A DNA stretch of 52,293 nucleotides, filler included, from Basidiobolus ranarum (Eukaryota): the NCBI GenBank assembly GCA_040143965.1. It is 3 parts of 3 records of this genome, joined end to end, with 100 filler letters (N's around TTAATTAATTAA, not from the genome) between each part and the next. Parts side by side here need not be neighbours in the genome. Positions count along the whole stretch, not along the records: positions 1 to 17,434 come from JASJQH010000304.1; 2 more parts are not named here. One strand, 5' to 3'. Shown here in pieces: positions 1-11,100 of the stretch. The first letter of the stretch is position 1. The number at the start of each line of letters is the position of its first letter. The notes beneath the pieces are model-generated. The model saw only the letters and a list, made by a program, of their open reading frames with translations. It did not search any database and had not been told where the DNA came from. The translations under genes were made by a program, and so were the position numbers.

Positions 1-140
1 GCCTTGATATCGATGTCGAAACCGTTCCTGACGGTCAAGACACTCTCACCAATTTCCATCTTCTCGGGCAAGGGCCAAACCCAAGCCATAGATGAAGCGG
101 CAAGAAGTGATACGGTAGCGAGAAGCTTGATAGCAACCAT
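1..140 (-). CDS. Beta-N-acetylhexosaminidase (GH20), 5' end; runs off the window edge
   Basis: Reverse-strand translation from ATG at 140 gives MVAIKLLATVSLLAASSMAWVWPLPEKMEIGESVLTVRNGFDIDIK: a signal peptide followed by the WPLP motif typical of eukaryotic GH20 hexosaminidase N-termini. Not in the ORF track. Confidence 0.7.
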   Translation of the reverse strand, partial: MVAIKLLATVSLLAASSMAWVWPLPEKMEIGESVLTVRNGFDIDIK

Positions 141-622
141 TTGATGTAGCAGAAAGTAGGAATGAATATACTTTCAAATTGTTCAGAGCCATATTTATAT
201 TCGGTTTGATCAGGAATTTTTAATAATCTAACCGTAAACTTCACCAGTGTCCAGAATATCATAAAGTTACATTTCTAACGTAATAAAGGATTTATATGGT
301 GCTTGTATTTAACCTCCTATAACTGATTCGTTAATTCAATGAATCCATGAATTCTGGTCATTAGGCGATCTCGTGGGAAAAATCTAACCAAACTTTAATT
401 AAGACTATATTGTTTCTAAACTTGATTGATAAATCCGCAAAATCCAGAAATCCGAAAAGAGTAGTTTCGTAATTTTGGAATTCGAATTTTCATGGAAGCA
501 TTCTTTGGACTGTGGCTTCATTACACTTATATCGGAATGGATTGACTCAATTCTCCGTATGAGGAACGGAGATTGAAGCTAAAACCGCTTTTGACGTTGA
601 TTACTGTAAAACCCCATACTTT

Positions 623-692
623 TCTTCCAATCGTGTATTCAGTGCTACCATTGATCTCTTCCAATTGTGTATGCAGTGCTACCATTGATCTC
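623..692. repeat. 34-bp tandem duplication (2 copies, 2 mismatches)
   Basis: TCTTCCAATCGTGTATTCAGTGCTACCATTGATC is followed directly by TCTTCCAATTGTGTATGCAGTGCTACCATTGATC. Confidence 0.9.
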
Positions 693-1344
693 GCGTATTT
701 CATATTGTTTTAGCCGTGGTTTCCTTTTATGCTTACTAGAAGTGTCTCCATCTACGCTTACCAAAAGTAATATGTGCCCATCTCTACTAGTATCAACTCC
801 GTGCAACAGCAAGAACAGTCTTAGATTGAGTGGCTTTGTATCGTGCTTCCTTGGTAGTGTGTGTAATCAAACATAACAGGTGATAATTCTAGATCTGGCT
901 GACTCAACTAGAGGCCGGAATTGGAAGGATTGGATACCCAATCTAAAGATAGGGCAAGTCAGGTGGACGCAGAAGGGATACTGATTGTTCGTCCCTAGTC
1001 GTATGCATATGTTGTGTACATTGAATGAGTATAGAATATGATGGTGGTCGGAGTTGAAGTGATTGGTGCTCAATGTCAACCTGAAATATTACTTTAATTC
1101 TAGTCATAAAGTGTAGGGTTGAATCCATAAATGTTTGTAGAGAATTATTCAGCGCATATAAAAAAGGAGCAAAGATATCAACTAAAAACAATTAAAGAGT
1201 GAATACAAGGTCAACTTGACTGTTTATGGCGGGTTGGAAGAGATGTCCACTTCCACCATGCAACATAAACATATACATAAAAATGGGGGTTTCCTTTTGG
1301 TTCAACCACAGGATCAATGCTGCGGTTTTTCTTGGGAATCGGTA

Positions 1345-1896
1345 CTAACGATGGTTCAACATGATCACCCGTGAGCTGGGGATGGATTGGAGGGATGGTG
1401 GTATAGCCCTTCGGGAATCAAATCGCCAGTCGGGTATGTATTTCTTCGTATGCCCTAATGCTGGGAGATTAGAAATCAAAATAAACACGTTGGGCTTTAT
1501 TAGGCCAACTTACATTTGAATTCTATATTGTAAATTAACTGCGCTTGGACTTCGTTGAGACTCCGCCTCTTTTTCCTGGGAACATAAGGGATAGCAATGG
1601 TTTCCTTAGCCCTGCTATGACCTCGACCTGAGTGATTTTGCGATTTCTTTGAGGGACGCACCACTGTCTGATCCGGTGAGAGCACAAGATAGGCGCGATC
1701 TATCATATTTGACACCCAGTTGGCAAAATCATTCTTTAGCGTGCTTATGGGCTCGGGCTTAGGCTTGATTTGGATTTAGCACACAATCTCGTGAATTCCA
1801 ATAATGTATCAAATATGAAAGTCAACTTACATATCCGACGATATAGGCAACTCCCATGCCAAATTGAAAAAGTGAAGACGATTCAGCTCTCATCAT
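1345..1896 (-). CDS. Hypothetical basic protein, 3 exons
   Basis: MMRAESSSLFQFGMGVAYIVGY|PKPEPISTLKNDFANWVSNMIDRAYLVLSPDQ...PYVPRKKRRSLNEVQAQLIYNIEFK|SLGHTKKYIPDWRFDSRR...NHR*. Two GTAAGT donors with CTAA-type branch points and AG acceptors keep the frame open. No family recognised. Confidence 0.5.
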
Positions 1897-2595
1897 ATAC
1901 GTTGAACAGAGTAAAGAGAGTTGTATCCAGAGTGTGACAAGCTAAGATTGCAGACATCAAATCCTTATATAACCCTCTTAATGACTCCAAGAAAGTAGAG
2001 GTAATTTAGTTCTCCTTTGTCAAACACCACATCTCCGATGCAGGAGCCAAATGCAGAATAATTAATATATGACAGGAAATTCAATTGGAACACAATGGGT
2101 CTACTAACCTCCACCAAACTCGAAATAAAACTCCGATATTATTTCAACTCTGGTCAGAGCTTTGAGACTGGCACGTACGCTGAAGGTGATGGTGAGGTGC
2201 GACCTATACTCTTTGTAATTAAGCTTTCAACTTCTCCATCAATTATTGTCGGTAAATCTCAAAGCTCGATCTCAAACCCTGTTTGATAGTAAATTAGCCG
2301 TTCAGTGGCTCATACTTCACAATTTTCCGACCGAGTCTTACCGACTGGATCCAGTACAACTACTAGAGTTCCACGAGTAATGGCTGAACCCTTCGCATAT
2401 GCCCTATGGTTTGCATCATAATGGGCTCTACAACATCTTCAGATTCAACACAGGTAACATGACACATTTTAAAAATAGCTTGTTTTTAATTTACAAGAGT
2501 GAGGTACGGTATTGAAGAATGTGATTAAAAAGTCAAAATAGAGTCATTGTCAAAGAAGATGTAATACAATAAAGATAAATGCACTGGGTTGTGCT

Positions 2596-3171
2596 TTAGC
2601 TGATATGCTTGATATATCCTTGCGTAATAAAGCGTTCTACGTCGGTTCTTTTGATGAAATGCTGGCTATTCTTCTCTAATTTAATGGTACCATTATCCGT
2701 CTGGATTTCGCCACAATCTTTCAGCACTCTTACTTCAATATAAAGATCCTTGGGCGGCTTAAGGTCCGACATAAGGTTGATAGGGAGAAATTGTTGATCA
2801 TATTCTTCTAGGATATGTTTGTATTCTTTAAATGCCTCAATTTCGTTGGAAGATAAATTGTCTTGAATTTCCTCCGGTACCTCACCAATAGCCCAGGCTA
2901 TTTCCTTTACGCGCTCCAAGCGTTGTTTATGATATGCAAGTAAGCAACGCTTATTCCGTCGAAGACTAGTATGCTGTATTAGCGCAGCGCAGCGTCGCCC
3001 ATTGTCAGCTTGTGTTCGATATTCCTTGTCTTGCATTGCACGTTGTAGATCATCAAAAAGAATTCGAATCTCTCGACACACGTTACGAACTAATTCTTCG
3101 TTGTAAGGTGGTAAGCGCTCATTGGCACGCTTCGCCTCCTTTGCTAGTTTGTATGCTTCTTCTCCGTACAT
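2596..3171 (-). CDS. PSF1: GINS complex subunit Psf1 (intronless)
   Basis: Motifs LPPYNEELVR, RNKRCLLAY and PPKDLYIEVRVLKDCGEIQT; 191 aa. Confidence 0.97.
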   Translation of the reverse strand: MYGEEAYKLAKEAKRANERLPPYNEELVRNVCREIRILFDDLQRAMQDKEYRTQADNGRRCAALIQHTSLRRNKRCLLAYHKQRLERVKEIAWAIGEVPEEIQDNLSSNEIEAFKEYKHILEEYDQQFLPINLMSDLKPPKDLYIEVRVLKDCGEIQTDNGTIKLEKNSQHFIKRTDVERFITQGYIKHIS

Positions 3172-3572
3172 TAATCTTTATGGAAGTGTCTCTGCAATGA
3201 TGGGCTAACTATAATTATTTATGTTATCGGAATGACTAGGTTTTTAGTATATGAAAATCAAAGAGTTCCCAGCAGGAATAAGTGATTGAGAACCAAACAG
3301 TATTTTTCTGTTTTGTTTACCCTCAAAACCTAAGTTCAAACACAGCAAACAACGATCAAATATTCCTTACTAAATTATACTGGAATGATCAATCATCCAA
3401 TTCAGAATAAAACAATATTGAATTCTTAAGTTAGAAAGAAATATTTTTTTGCTTCTTTTTTTTTCCTTTTTTTGGAAGAGTATACTTAGAACAACGAATA
3501 TACCTGTAACAAAATAGATTTTCTCCACTCAACTTTTCCTTAGACTTAACGTGTTATTAGATAACTACAGTT

Positions 3573-6551
3573 ATGTTACGTTCAAAGTCTTTCGTTAAAC
3601 GTACTAAGAAGGGGAATGTTGTTCGTGTAGTAAAGGAACATTATCTTCGCGATGATATTTGGTGCTCGTGTACTGGTTGTCAAGTGTGTAAACATGAACA
3701 GCCCATTCTCTCATTGTCACCTCAATTGAATCCCTTATTTGAAAGGCAACACTACATCGTTCCCGATACGAACATCCTTATGAACCAGATGGATATCATA
3801 GAACATGCACTATTTTATGATGTTATTGTACTTCAAACCGTTTTGGAAGAACTTCGTAACCTTAGTTTACCTGTGTACAATAGATTACGTGCGATTATCA
3901 ACGATACCAATCGTCGCTTTTATGTCTTTTCCAACGAACACAATAGAGATACTTACGTTGAGAGAATAAAAGACGAGTCCCCCAACGATCGAAACGATAG
4001 AGCCATTCGTGTCGCCACCAAGTGGTACGATGATCATTTGAAGAAGCTTGAAATCAAGTCTGGTATAAGTGTTGTCTTATTAAGTGATGACGCCGCAAAC
4101 AGAGCTAAAGCTAAAGAAGAGGGTCTGTTAACCTGCTCCGTTAGAGAATACATTGAAGCACTCGATAAACCCGAATTACTCGATATGATCGCCCAATCTG
4201 AGACAACCGCTGCCCAAGTTGGAGTAGACAAGAAGCTTCAACACGAAGAATATATCACTTCATTACAAATTTCATCTGGAGTTAAAGCTGGCACCTTACA
4301 TCAAGGCACTTTGAACATCAGTCTCCACAATTATCTAGAAGGATCCATTTATGCTACTGTGGAAGGAGAAGAACGGGAAATCATGATCTTAGGTAGAACT
4401 CACTTGAATAGAGCTGTCCATGGTGATTCCATTGCTGTAAAACTTCTACCTAAATCAGAATGGAAAAAGAGCTCACAGCCATCAGCTGCTGTCATTGACG
4501 AAGATGACGAGAAAAATATTGAAGAAGAGGGTGAAACCTCTGAAGAATCCAAGGGCGAAGAAGCCTCCAAACCTGAAGCAGAAAGCAATGAACGCGCCCA
4601 GCCCACTGGCAAAGTTGTTGGTATCATCAGACGTAATTGGCGTCCGTACTGTGGTTTTATTGAGAAGAAATCAGTTAGAATTGCCAATAACTCCACCACT
4701 CCTCAAAATGTACTCTTTGTTCCTATCGATCAAAGAATCCCTAAGATTAAAATTAGAACTCGTCAAGCCCATAGTCTCCTCGGCCAACGTATCATTGTCT
4801 CTATTGATTCCTGGGCAAAAGACACCACCTATCCAGCTGGTCACTTTATTAAAGCTCTGGGTGAAGCAGGTGACCGTGCCACTGAAACTGAGGTGCTCTT
4901 ATTAGAGCATGATGTTCCTCATCACGAATTCTCACAACAAGTCCTCAGTGATCTCCCTGCTGAGGGTACGGAGTGGGTTGCTAGTGATCAAGAAATTGCT
5001 CGTAGAACAGACTTGCGTCACTTAAATATATGCAGTATTGATCCTCCTGGTTGTACTGATATTGATGATGCACTCCATGTCCGCACGCTACCTAATGGAA
5101 ACTATGAAGTTGGTGTACATATCGCTGATGTTACCCATTTCGTAAAGAATGGAACTGCTATGGACAATGAGGCGGCCAGTCGTGGTACCACAGTATATCT
5201 AGTTGACAGACGTATTGACATGTTGCCCCCCCTCCTCGGTACGAATCTTTGCTCCTTGAGATCAAATGTTGATAGATTGGCTTTCTCGTGTATCTGGGAA
5301 CTTAATGAAAACGCTGAAATCCAAGACGTGCATTTCACCAAGAGCATTATCGCTTCTAAAGCCTCATTGACTTATGATGAAGCTCAACTACGCATAGATG
5401 ATGAACGTATGCAGGATGACCTGACCAAAGGAATTCGAGTTCTCAACAATTTAGCTAAAAAACTTAGACAAAGCAGAGTCAACCAGGGAGCACTCACATT
5501 AGCTAGTCCAGAGGTTCGCTTCAATTTGGAAAATGATTCACAAGATCCAGTAGATGTGGAATTAAAAGAGTTAAAGGATACCAATGCACTTGTTGAGGAA
5601 TTCATGTTGTTAGCCAATATCTCAGTGGCCAAGAAGATTTTCTCTCACTTCCCCGACTCTTCAATGCTACGTCGTCATCCTACACCACCAGAGACGAAAT
5701 TCGAACAGCTTACGAAAGCCATTGAGGTGCTAGGATTCAAACTGAATATTGAATCTTCCAAGGCTTTGGCCGACTCTTTAGATAAAGCTGTAATCCCTGA
5801 TGATCCTTACTTCAATAAGCTGCTTCGTATCATGACAACCCGTTGCATGATGCAAGCTGTTTACTTCTCATCGGGAACCGTTCCACAGCAAGAGTTTGTA
5901 CATTATGGTCTCGCGACACCTATTTATACTCACTTCACCTCCCCTATCAGAAGATACGCCGATGTTATGGTTCACAGACTGCTCTCTGCCTGCATTGGTG
6001 TAGAAGGATCTTACTCGTCCGAATTGACTGACAAGGATAAAATGAGCAAGATCAGTGATGTATTAAACCGTCGTCATCGCATGGCTCAACACGCTGCTAG
6101 AAGTTCGGTTGAATTGTATACCAATTTGTTCTTCCGTGGTAAGCTAGTCCAGGAAGAAGGCTATGTCACCCGCGTCCTAAAGAATGGGTTCATTGTATTG
6201 GTACCTCGCTATGGTATTGAAAGTATTGTCCACGCCAATCCATCGGATTCTAAAGAAACGCCATACTTTACTTACAACACTACCACCGATAGTCTGGAAG
6301 CAAACGACTCTAGCGTTAATATCAAACTGTTTAGCAAAGTGACTGTTCAACTCACAGTTGACGAGGATCTTGTCGGGGGTGGCGCCGGTGGTATGCGTCA
6401 GAAACTTCGCATGGATTTGGTTGAACCACATGTACCCGGTTTAAGTGTCGCTAAGCAAGATATGACTCGGGTGGTGAAGGGCAAGAGTCTCGACAAAGAA
6501 GAGGAGCAAGTAGTAAAACGCGTAAAAAAGACGACTCAAGCCATCAACTAA
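3573..6551 (+). CDS. DIS3: Exosome catalytic subunit Dis3/Rrp44 (PIN + RNB), intronless
   Basis: N-terminal EHYLRDDIWC, PIN motifs (PDTN, NDRNDRAIR), RNB active site DPPGCTDIDD and HFTSPIRRY; 992 aa. Confidence 0.98.
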   Translation: MLRSKSFVKRTKKGNVVRVVKEHYLRDDIWCSCTGCQVCKHEQPILSLSPQLNPLFERQHYIVPDTNILMNQMDIIEHALFYDVIVLQTVLEELRNLSLPVYNRLRAIINDTNRRFYVFSNEHNRDTYVERIKDESPNDRNDRAIRVATKWYDDHLKKLEIKSGISVVLLSDDAANRAKAKEEGLLTCSVREYIEALDKPELLDMIAQSETTAAQVGVDKKLQHEEYITSLQISSGVKAGTLHQGTLNISLHNYLEGSIYATVEGEEREIMILGRTHLNRAVHGDSIAVKLLPKSEWKKSSQPSAAVIDEDDEKNIEEEGETSEESKGEEASKPEAESNERAQPTGKVVGIIRRNWRPYCGFIEKKSVRIANNSTTPQNVLFVPIDQRIPKIKIRTRQAHSLLGQRIIVSIDSWAKDTTYPAGHFIKALGEAGDRATETEVLLLEHDVPHHEFSQQVLSDLPAEGTEWVASDQEIARRTDLRHLNICSIDPPGCTDIDDALHVRTLPNGNYEVGVHIADVTHFVKNGTAMDNEAASRGTTVYLVDRRIDMLPPLLGTNLCSLRSNVDRLAFSCIWELNENAEIQDVHFTKSIIASKASLTYDEAQLRIDDERMQDDLTKGIRVLNNLAKKLRQSRVNQGALTLASPEVRFNLENDSQDPVDVELKELKDTNALVEEFMLLANISVAKKIFSHFPDSSMLRRHPTPPETKFEQLTKAIEVLGFKLNIESSKALADSLDKAVIPDDPYFNKLLRIMTTRCMMQAVYFSSGTVPQQEFVHYGLATPIYTHFTSPIRRYADVMVHRLLSACIGVEGSYSSELTDKDKMSKISDVLNRRHRMAQHAARSSVELYTNLFFRGKLVQEEGYVTRVLKNGFIVLVPRYGIESIVHANPSDSKETPYFTYNTTTDSLEANDSSVNIKLFSKVTVQLTVDEDLVGGGAGGMRQKLRMDLVEPHVPGLSVAKQDMTRVVKGKSLDKEEEQVVKRVKKTTQAIN

Positions 6552-7000
6552 TGTACAACCTTATCATCTCGTGTTTTTGTCATCGACGAATTTAAATTAC
6601 CAAATGATACTATCTTAATACTTCCTTCACTTTCCCTTTCAAGTTATATATACATGTATTTATTTGACTTTGGAGCCTCTCCTAACTAAGTTCTAGCTCT
6701 GCAAAATAAATCAAAATGGTCTTGGTACCCTCTCATACATACCTTCGTCACTTTTCCTAGACATATACTTATTACCCACTGGAATGATCTAACTATTCAT
6801 TGGATTTCGCATCAAGTCTATTTTATATTAATTTATTTTTCATCAAGAAACGTGAGTAAATGGTGATTATTGAGAAACCAATACATTTCCAAAAATAGAG
6901 CTTAATACATAATAAACATACATATAACTAAAATGTGCAGAGGAAAAGTAGAAAAGGTAAGATGGAAAAGTGAAGTTGGATGGTTCAGCCTTTGGGAATT

Positions 7001-7512
7001 CTAATTTTCGGTATCAGCTTCTTGGGCCTTAGCCTCAGCAGCTGCTATCTTCTTCTGTAACCGTTGGCAAAGACGCTTATTACGCTCTTTACTTTCCGCT
7101 TCCTGAAATGAAGTTTTAATAAAACATCTCGTAAAAAAAATGGATAAATTGCATACCTTTATCTTTTCCTCTTCTATTTGGTTTAGAAGCTCCTCCTTGA
7201 AAGGCCAGTTGTTAGGAATTCCAGGATCCTTCTTGGTTCCTATAACAAGACATATAAATATCTACATTCACGGGTATTCTAAATATGATAAGATGCTCAC
7301 TTTTAGTTCTAGGATTCTTCTTGGCATCTTTGCGATCTTTGCGATGTTTTTCAGCGGCTCTCTTTGTGATTTTAAAGCGCTTAGAACATGACATACGCTT
7401 ACTTTGTGACTCTAGAAGAATAAACAGTGTGCATAAGTATATATGAGGGATACGAGTGTGCCATGTATATGCAAAAGCAAGGGGAAAGTGAGCACTTACT
7501 CTTTCTAACCAT
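7001..7512 (-). CDS. 102-aa protein consisting only of the GNL3L/Grn1 (Nug1/nucleostemin) N-terminal domain; 4 exons
   Basis: Exons 7512-7500, 7411-7301, 7239-7157 and 7102-7001 with canonical GT-AG introns give [102 protein letters not shown]. [16 protein letters not shown] is the Nug1/Grn1 N-terminal signature. Confidence 0.85.
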
Positions 7513-7995
7513 GTTTGTGAATTGATAGTGGAATAGGACTAAAACTTGACAAACTACTTTACTTACAAATTGTACGAACTGAAATTCAGTTAGATTTTCT
7601 TTTTTCTTTTTTTTCCTATCTGGTGAATGATGAATTAAGTAATTTTTTTCAGGAAAAAAAAGGCCTCTATATTTATTGGATTCGTAATTTAATTATTGCT
7701 TGATTTGCTTAAATTAACCATTCTCTTCACAATGTTAATCAACTAATACGTTTAATTGATCTAGTTAGCGGGGTAATGTAATGAAGTTGATTAATTTTAT
7801 GTGGCAGAGCCCTTGATATTATTTCCGTGTCTTTCCCTTAATATTTTACAACTTGAGCTTGCAAATGAACTTTCTAGCTTTGTGGTTCAGTAGAGATTTA
7901 ACATAACACAATATGAACTTGATGCTGATGAATGATATATAATGGTACAGTCGACTTGATTTTATTTCATGAAGAATGTGGACATCATTAATTAC

Positions 7996-8388
7996 TTAAT
8001 AGAAGTAACCCAAAATTTTACCACCAGTGTGCTTTCTACGGGCCTCTTCGTGATCCATGATACCAGCAGAGGTGGTAAGAACAATGTAACCGAATTGACG
8101 GGAAGGCAACAATTGGTTGATCCAGTTTTCGACGTCAGTAAGCTTGATGTTGAAACGGGGGGAGATAACACCACACTTGTTCAAACGACCGTTAAGTTGG
8201 ATGACGATCTTTCCAGAACGGTGATCATCGATTTCTTCGAATTCACCAATGTATCCATGCTTTTGCATAACAGACAAGAACTTGACAATGACCTTGGAGG
8301 AAGGTCTGATAAGAACTTGGCGCTTGCCACGCTTCTCAGCGTTGTTGATGTTCTTAAGGCAATCGTTCAAGACGGAGATTCTGACCAT
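7996..8388 (-). CDS. RPS22: 40S ribosomal protein S22 (uS8/RPS15A)
   Basis: [11 protein letters not shown]...[21 protein letters not shown]...GGKILGYFY; 130 aa. Confidence 0.99.
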   Translation of the reverse strand: MVRISVLNDCLKNINNAEKRGKRQVLIRPSSKVIVKFLSVMQKHGYIGEFEEIDDHRSGKIVIQLNGRLNKCGVISPRFNIKLTDVENWINQLLPSRQFGYIVLTTSAGIMDHEEARRKHTGGKILGYFY

Positions 8389-8402
8389 TTTAATATAGCA
8401 AG

Positions 8403-8479
8403 CTGAAATAGACGTGGGTTAGATGGAGTCCTTAGACAGATGGGTTGAATGGATGCATTAATCCATCCATAATACTAAC
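8403..8479 (-). other. 5' UTR intron of RPS22 (77 nt)
   Basis: GAAG|GTTAGT...CTAAC...TTTCAG| ending 14 nt upstream of the ATG. Confidence 0.75.
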
Positions 8480-8803
8480 CTTCTGCAAATACACGGCCAA
8501 GGGTCGGGGAGAGAGAGTGCAAGGATATGCAATGAACAAAAATTTATATCCGATCAAAACATAATTATTTTGATACTATGGTGGAAATTTTTTTCACCCT
8601 TGCTCATTGGTTCTTTTTTTCAATCAGTTTCCCTTTTTTTACCCAAATTTCTACCCAATATATGTTTGGTGAATTAATGAATATATGCTATAGAAACGGT
8701 TGATTTGTTTGCATTCTCCATAACTGCGTGATTAAAATTCTATAGACTTGGATAATGATTGACGCTACATATCATTCACTATTGTGACTGATTCATATAG
8801 GGG

Positions 8804-8813
8804 CTCACGTGAG
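8804..8813. promoter_or_regulatory. Palindromic E-box (CTCACGTGAG) in the divergent RPS22/CWC25 promoter
   Basis: TCACGTGA is the Cbf1/bHLH-type consensus; it lies about 70 nt upstream of the CWC25 ATG. Function is inferred. Confidence 0.35.
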
Positions 8814-8884
8814 AGTCAATGATGGTTTTCACGTTTTTAAAAAATAACTTGGGAATAACGAAGGGATTCAACTTGTAATACACC

Positions 8885-10474
8885 ATGGGAGGAGGAGATC
8901 TTGTACGTGCTATTCCATTGAATCTTGACCATTTTCGTGATATACTAACCTATAACACCAATAGAATTTGAAAAAATCTTGGCATCCGGCCACTCTCCGG
9001 AATCAAGAGAGGGTATGGAAAGAAGAGCAAAAAGCTTCAGAAGAGCAGAAGAAATTGGATCAATTAAAAAAAGAACTTGATGAGGAAAGACAGTTACAAG
9101 AGTTACAACGTTTACAAGAAAGTAGTGGTGTAAGGTAAGTCACCCATTTACCTGAAGAATTCCCTTCTAACCCATCCATTAATCCTTTTTATTTTAACCA
9201 GAAAACGTTCAGAAAAGTTGGATTGGATGTATGCTGCTGGTCCTACTCAATCTTCCGCTACACAAAATGAAGATTTAGAGGCCTTCCTTTTAGGTAAAAA
9301 GAGAGTTGATTCATTAGTAGAACAAGGCGTCAAAGTGTCAGAGGTACTATTTGACTTTTTAGTAACACGTTGTTTCAATATCCTAATATTTCTCTACATA
9401 TAGCTCTCCCAAGATTCAAACTCAGTATTTGTGAACGCCATTAATACAAATGCTAATAGTTATCGCGACACTCAGTCTAAAGTCAGGGAGGATCCTCTAC
9501 TTGCCATCAAAAGAAGAGAACAAGAAAGTTTAAAGATGATTATGAATAACCCTCTCAAAATGAAAGAATACGAAAAGGTTGGTTTTTCTTTCAACATATC
9601 TGGTTGTTACTATAAATTTAAACCATTTTCCACTTTCTAGAAGGCCAGCAAAAAGAAGGACAAAAAAAAGAGTAAAAAGTCGAAGCATGAGAAAGAGAAG
9701 AAAAAGAGACACTCAGATACAGACAACGAAGAGAGCTCTGATCACCGAATTCGAGAGCATAAGCATCATCGTCGGTCATCTCAGAGATCTTCATCCCCTC
9801 AAAGGAAAAGCAGCAGGAATAGAGATCGTTCAATATCTCCAAGGCGTAGCAGGGATTATCGCTCCTCAAGAGACAGATATAGTAAAGAGCGTACGCGATC
9901 CCGATCAAGATCCCAAGACAGACTTGAACGTCACGATTTAAATCGAACTGATGATCGTCCAAAGCGTGAAATTAGTATATCTCCATCCAGAGAGTCCAAG
10001 AGAGCTTCAAATCGACAATCCAGAGGAAGATCGAGAAGTAGGAGTCCTGATTATCGTAGAGCTAGAAAGTCACAATCTCCAAGACCTTACAGATCCAGAC
10101 ACAATGGACGTTATAGTAGATCCAGATCTCGCTCCACTAGTCCACGACGTCGAGTACCTAATCGCAATGAAGACACAATTACCATCGACATGAGCATTGT
10201 TGAAGAGGAGAAGCAGCGTCGTATTAAGGAGATGACTGAGGCAGCTCAAAGCCTTGATCAAGAAAGAAAACGCAGAGTTGAGGAGATTAATCGCCAGGAA
10301 GCTGAAGAGGCGCTTCGCGAGCAAAAAGAAAGAATGTCACGCAGTAATGTGTCTAAAGCACGTTTCCTTAGTGACGCTCATAAAGCAGCTTACTCATCAT
10401 CTAATTCAATTGATCTCGGTGAGCGTGTTCGTCGAAATAGAGCACTTCTTCAAAGAAGAGGTGATGAGATGTAG
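8885..10474 (+). CDS. CWC25: Pre-mRNA splicing factor Cwc25, 5 exons
   Basis: [14 protein letters not shown]...[29 protein letters not shown], then an RS-rich low-complexity region. Confidence 0.95.
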
Positions 10475-11100
10475 ACACGAACATTTCATTTCTTTCACAG
10501 CTACCTAATTGCTTCTGCATTATTTGGCAAATTCTTTGTGGGTATATCCAAGCAATGTGCGATCTTTTGTGGTTAAAGGTCGCGAGTCTACCCTATTCAG
10601 TATTTACCGAGCATGGTTCTTCAGAATACATTATTCATACATTCCCTTATCAATGCTATTCTCGATCTCTTTTTTGTAAATTTGGACCAGTTTTCACTAG
10701 CAATTGTATGTTATTTTAATACATTAGGATGTTGGCCACAAACTCCTACAAATAAAACCATCGTTTTTTGAAGATTAAACAAAGTTGCTTGGTTGCCACG
10801 AGGCTTGTTGAAGAAGACTTAACATGATCACCGATAGTTAAGATAGCTAATTTAAATCAACATAATAATGCTTAAAAGCGGAGTACGTAATTATCTGAAT
10901 CATAGCTGGAGCTCTAAAAAAATCACTTGGCTCTATGGCAATAGTGCATGAATGATTTATGGTAAAAAGGGGGTGAGTGAGTTAAAAATGAAAACCAATC
11001 CAGTTTACTTCATACTACCAAGTGCTTTTATTTTTTGTAGTATTTTTGCTTTTTGTCCTTAGTTAGTGACGTTTACTGAAAATACTCGTAAATATTCGAC

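Noticed and set aside
1035..1090. ATGATGG...CTGA flanked by AATAT/ATATT as a possible C/D snoRNA
   Set aside because: Imperfect C box, too short, and no rRNA-complementary guide that I can recognise.
7969..8406. 145-aa antisense ORF covering RPS22 (and similar shadow ORFs over RPL2, DIS3, CTR9 and the Sel1 gene)
   Set aside because: Expected by-product of codon bias in real genes on the opposite strand or frame; no recognisable protein features.
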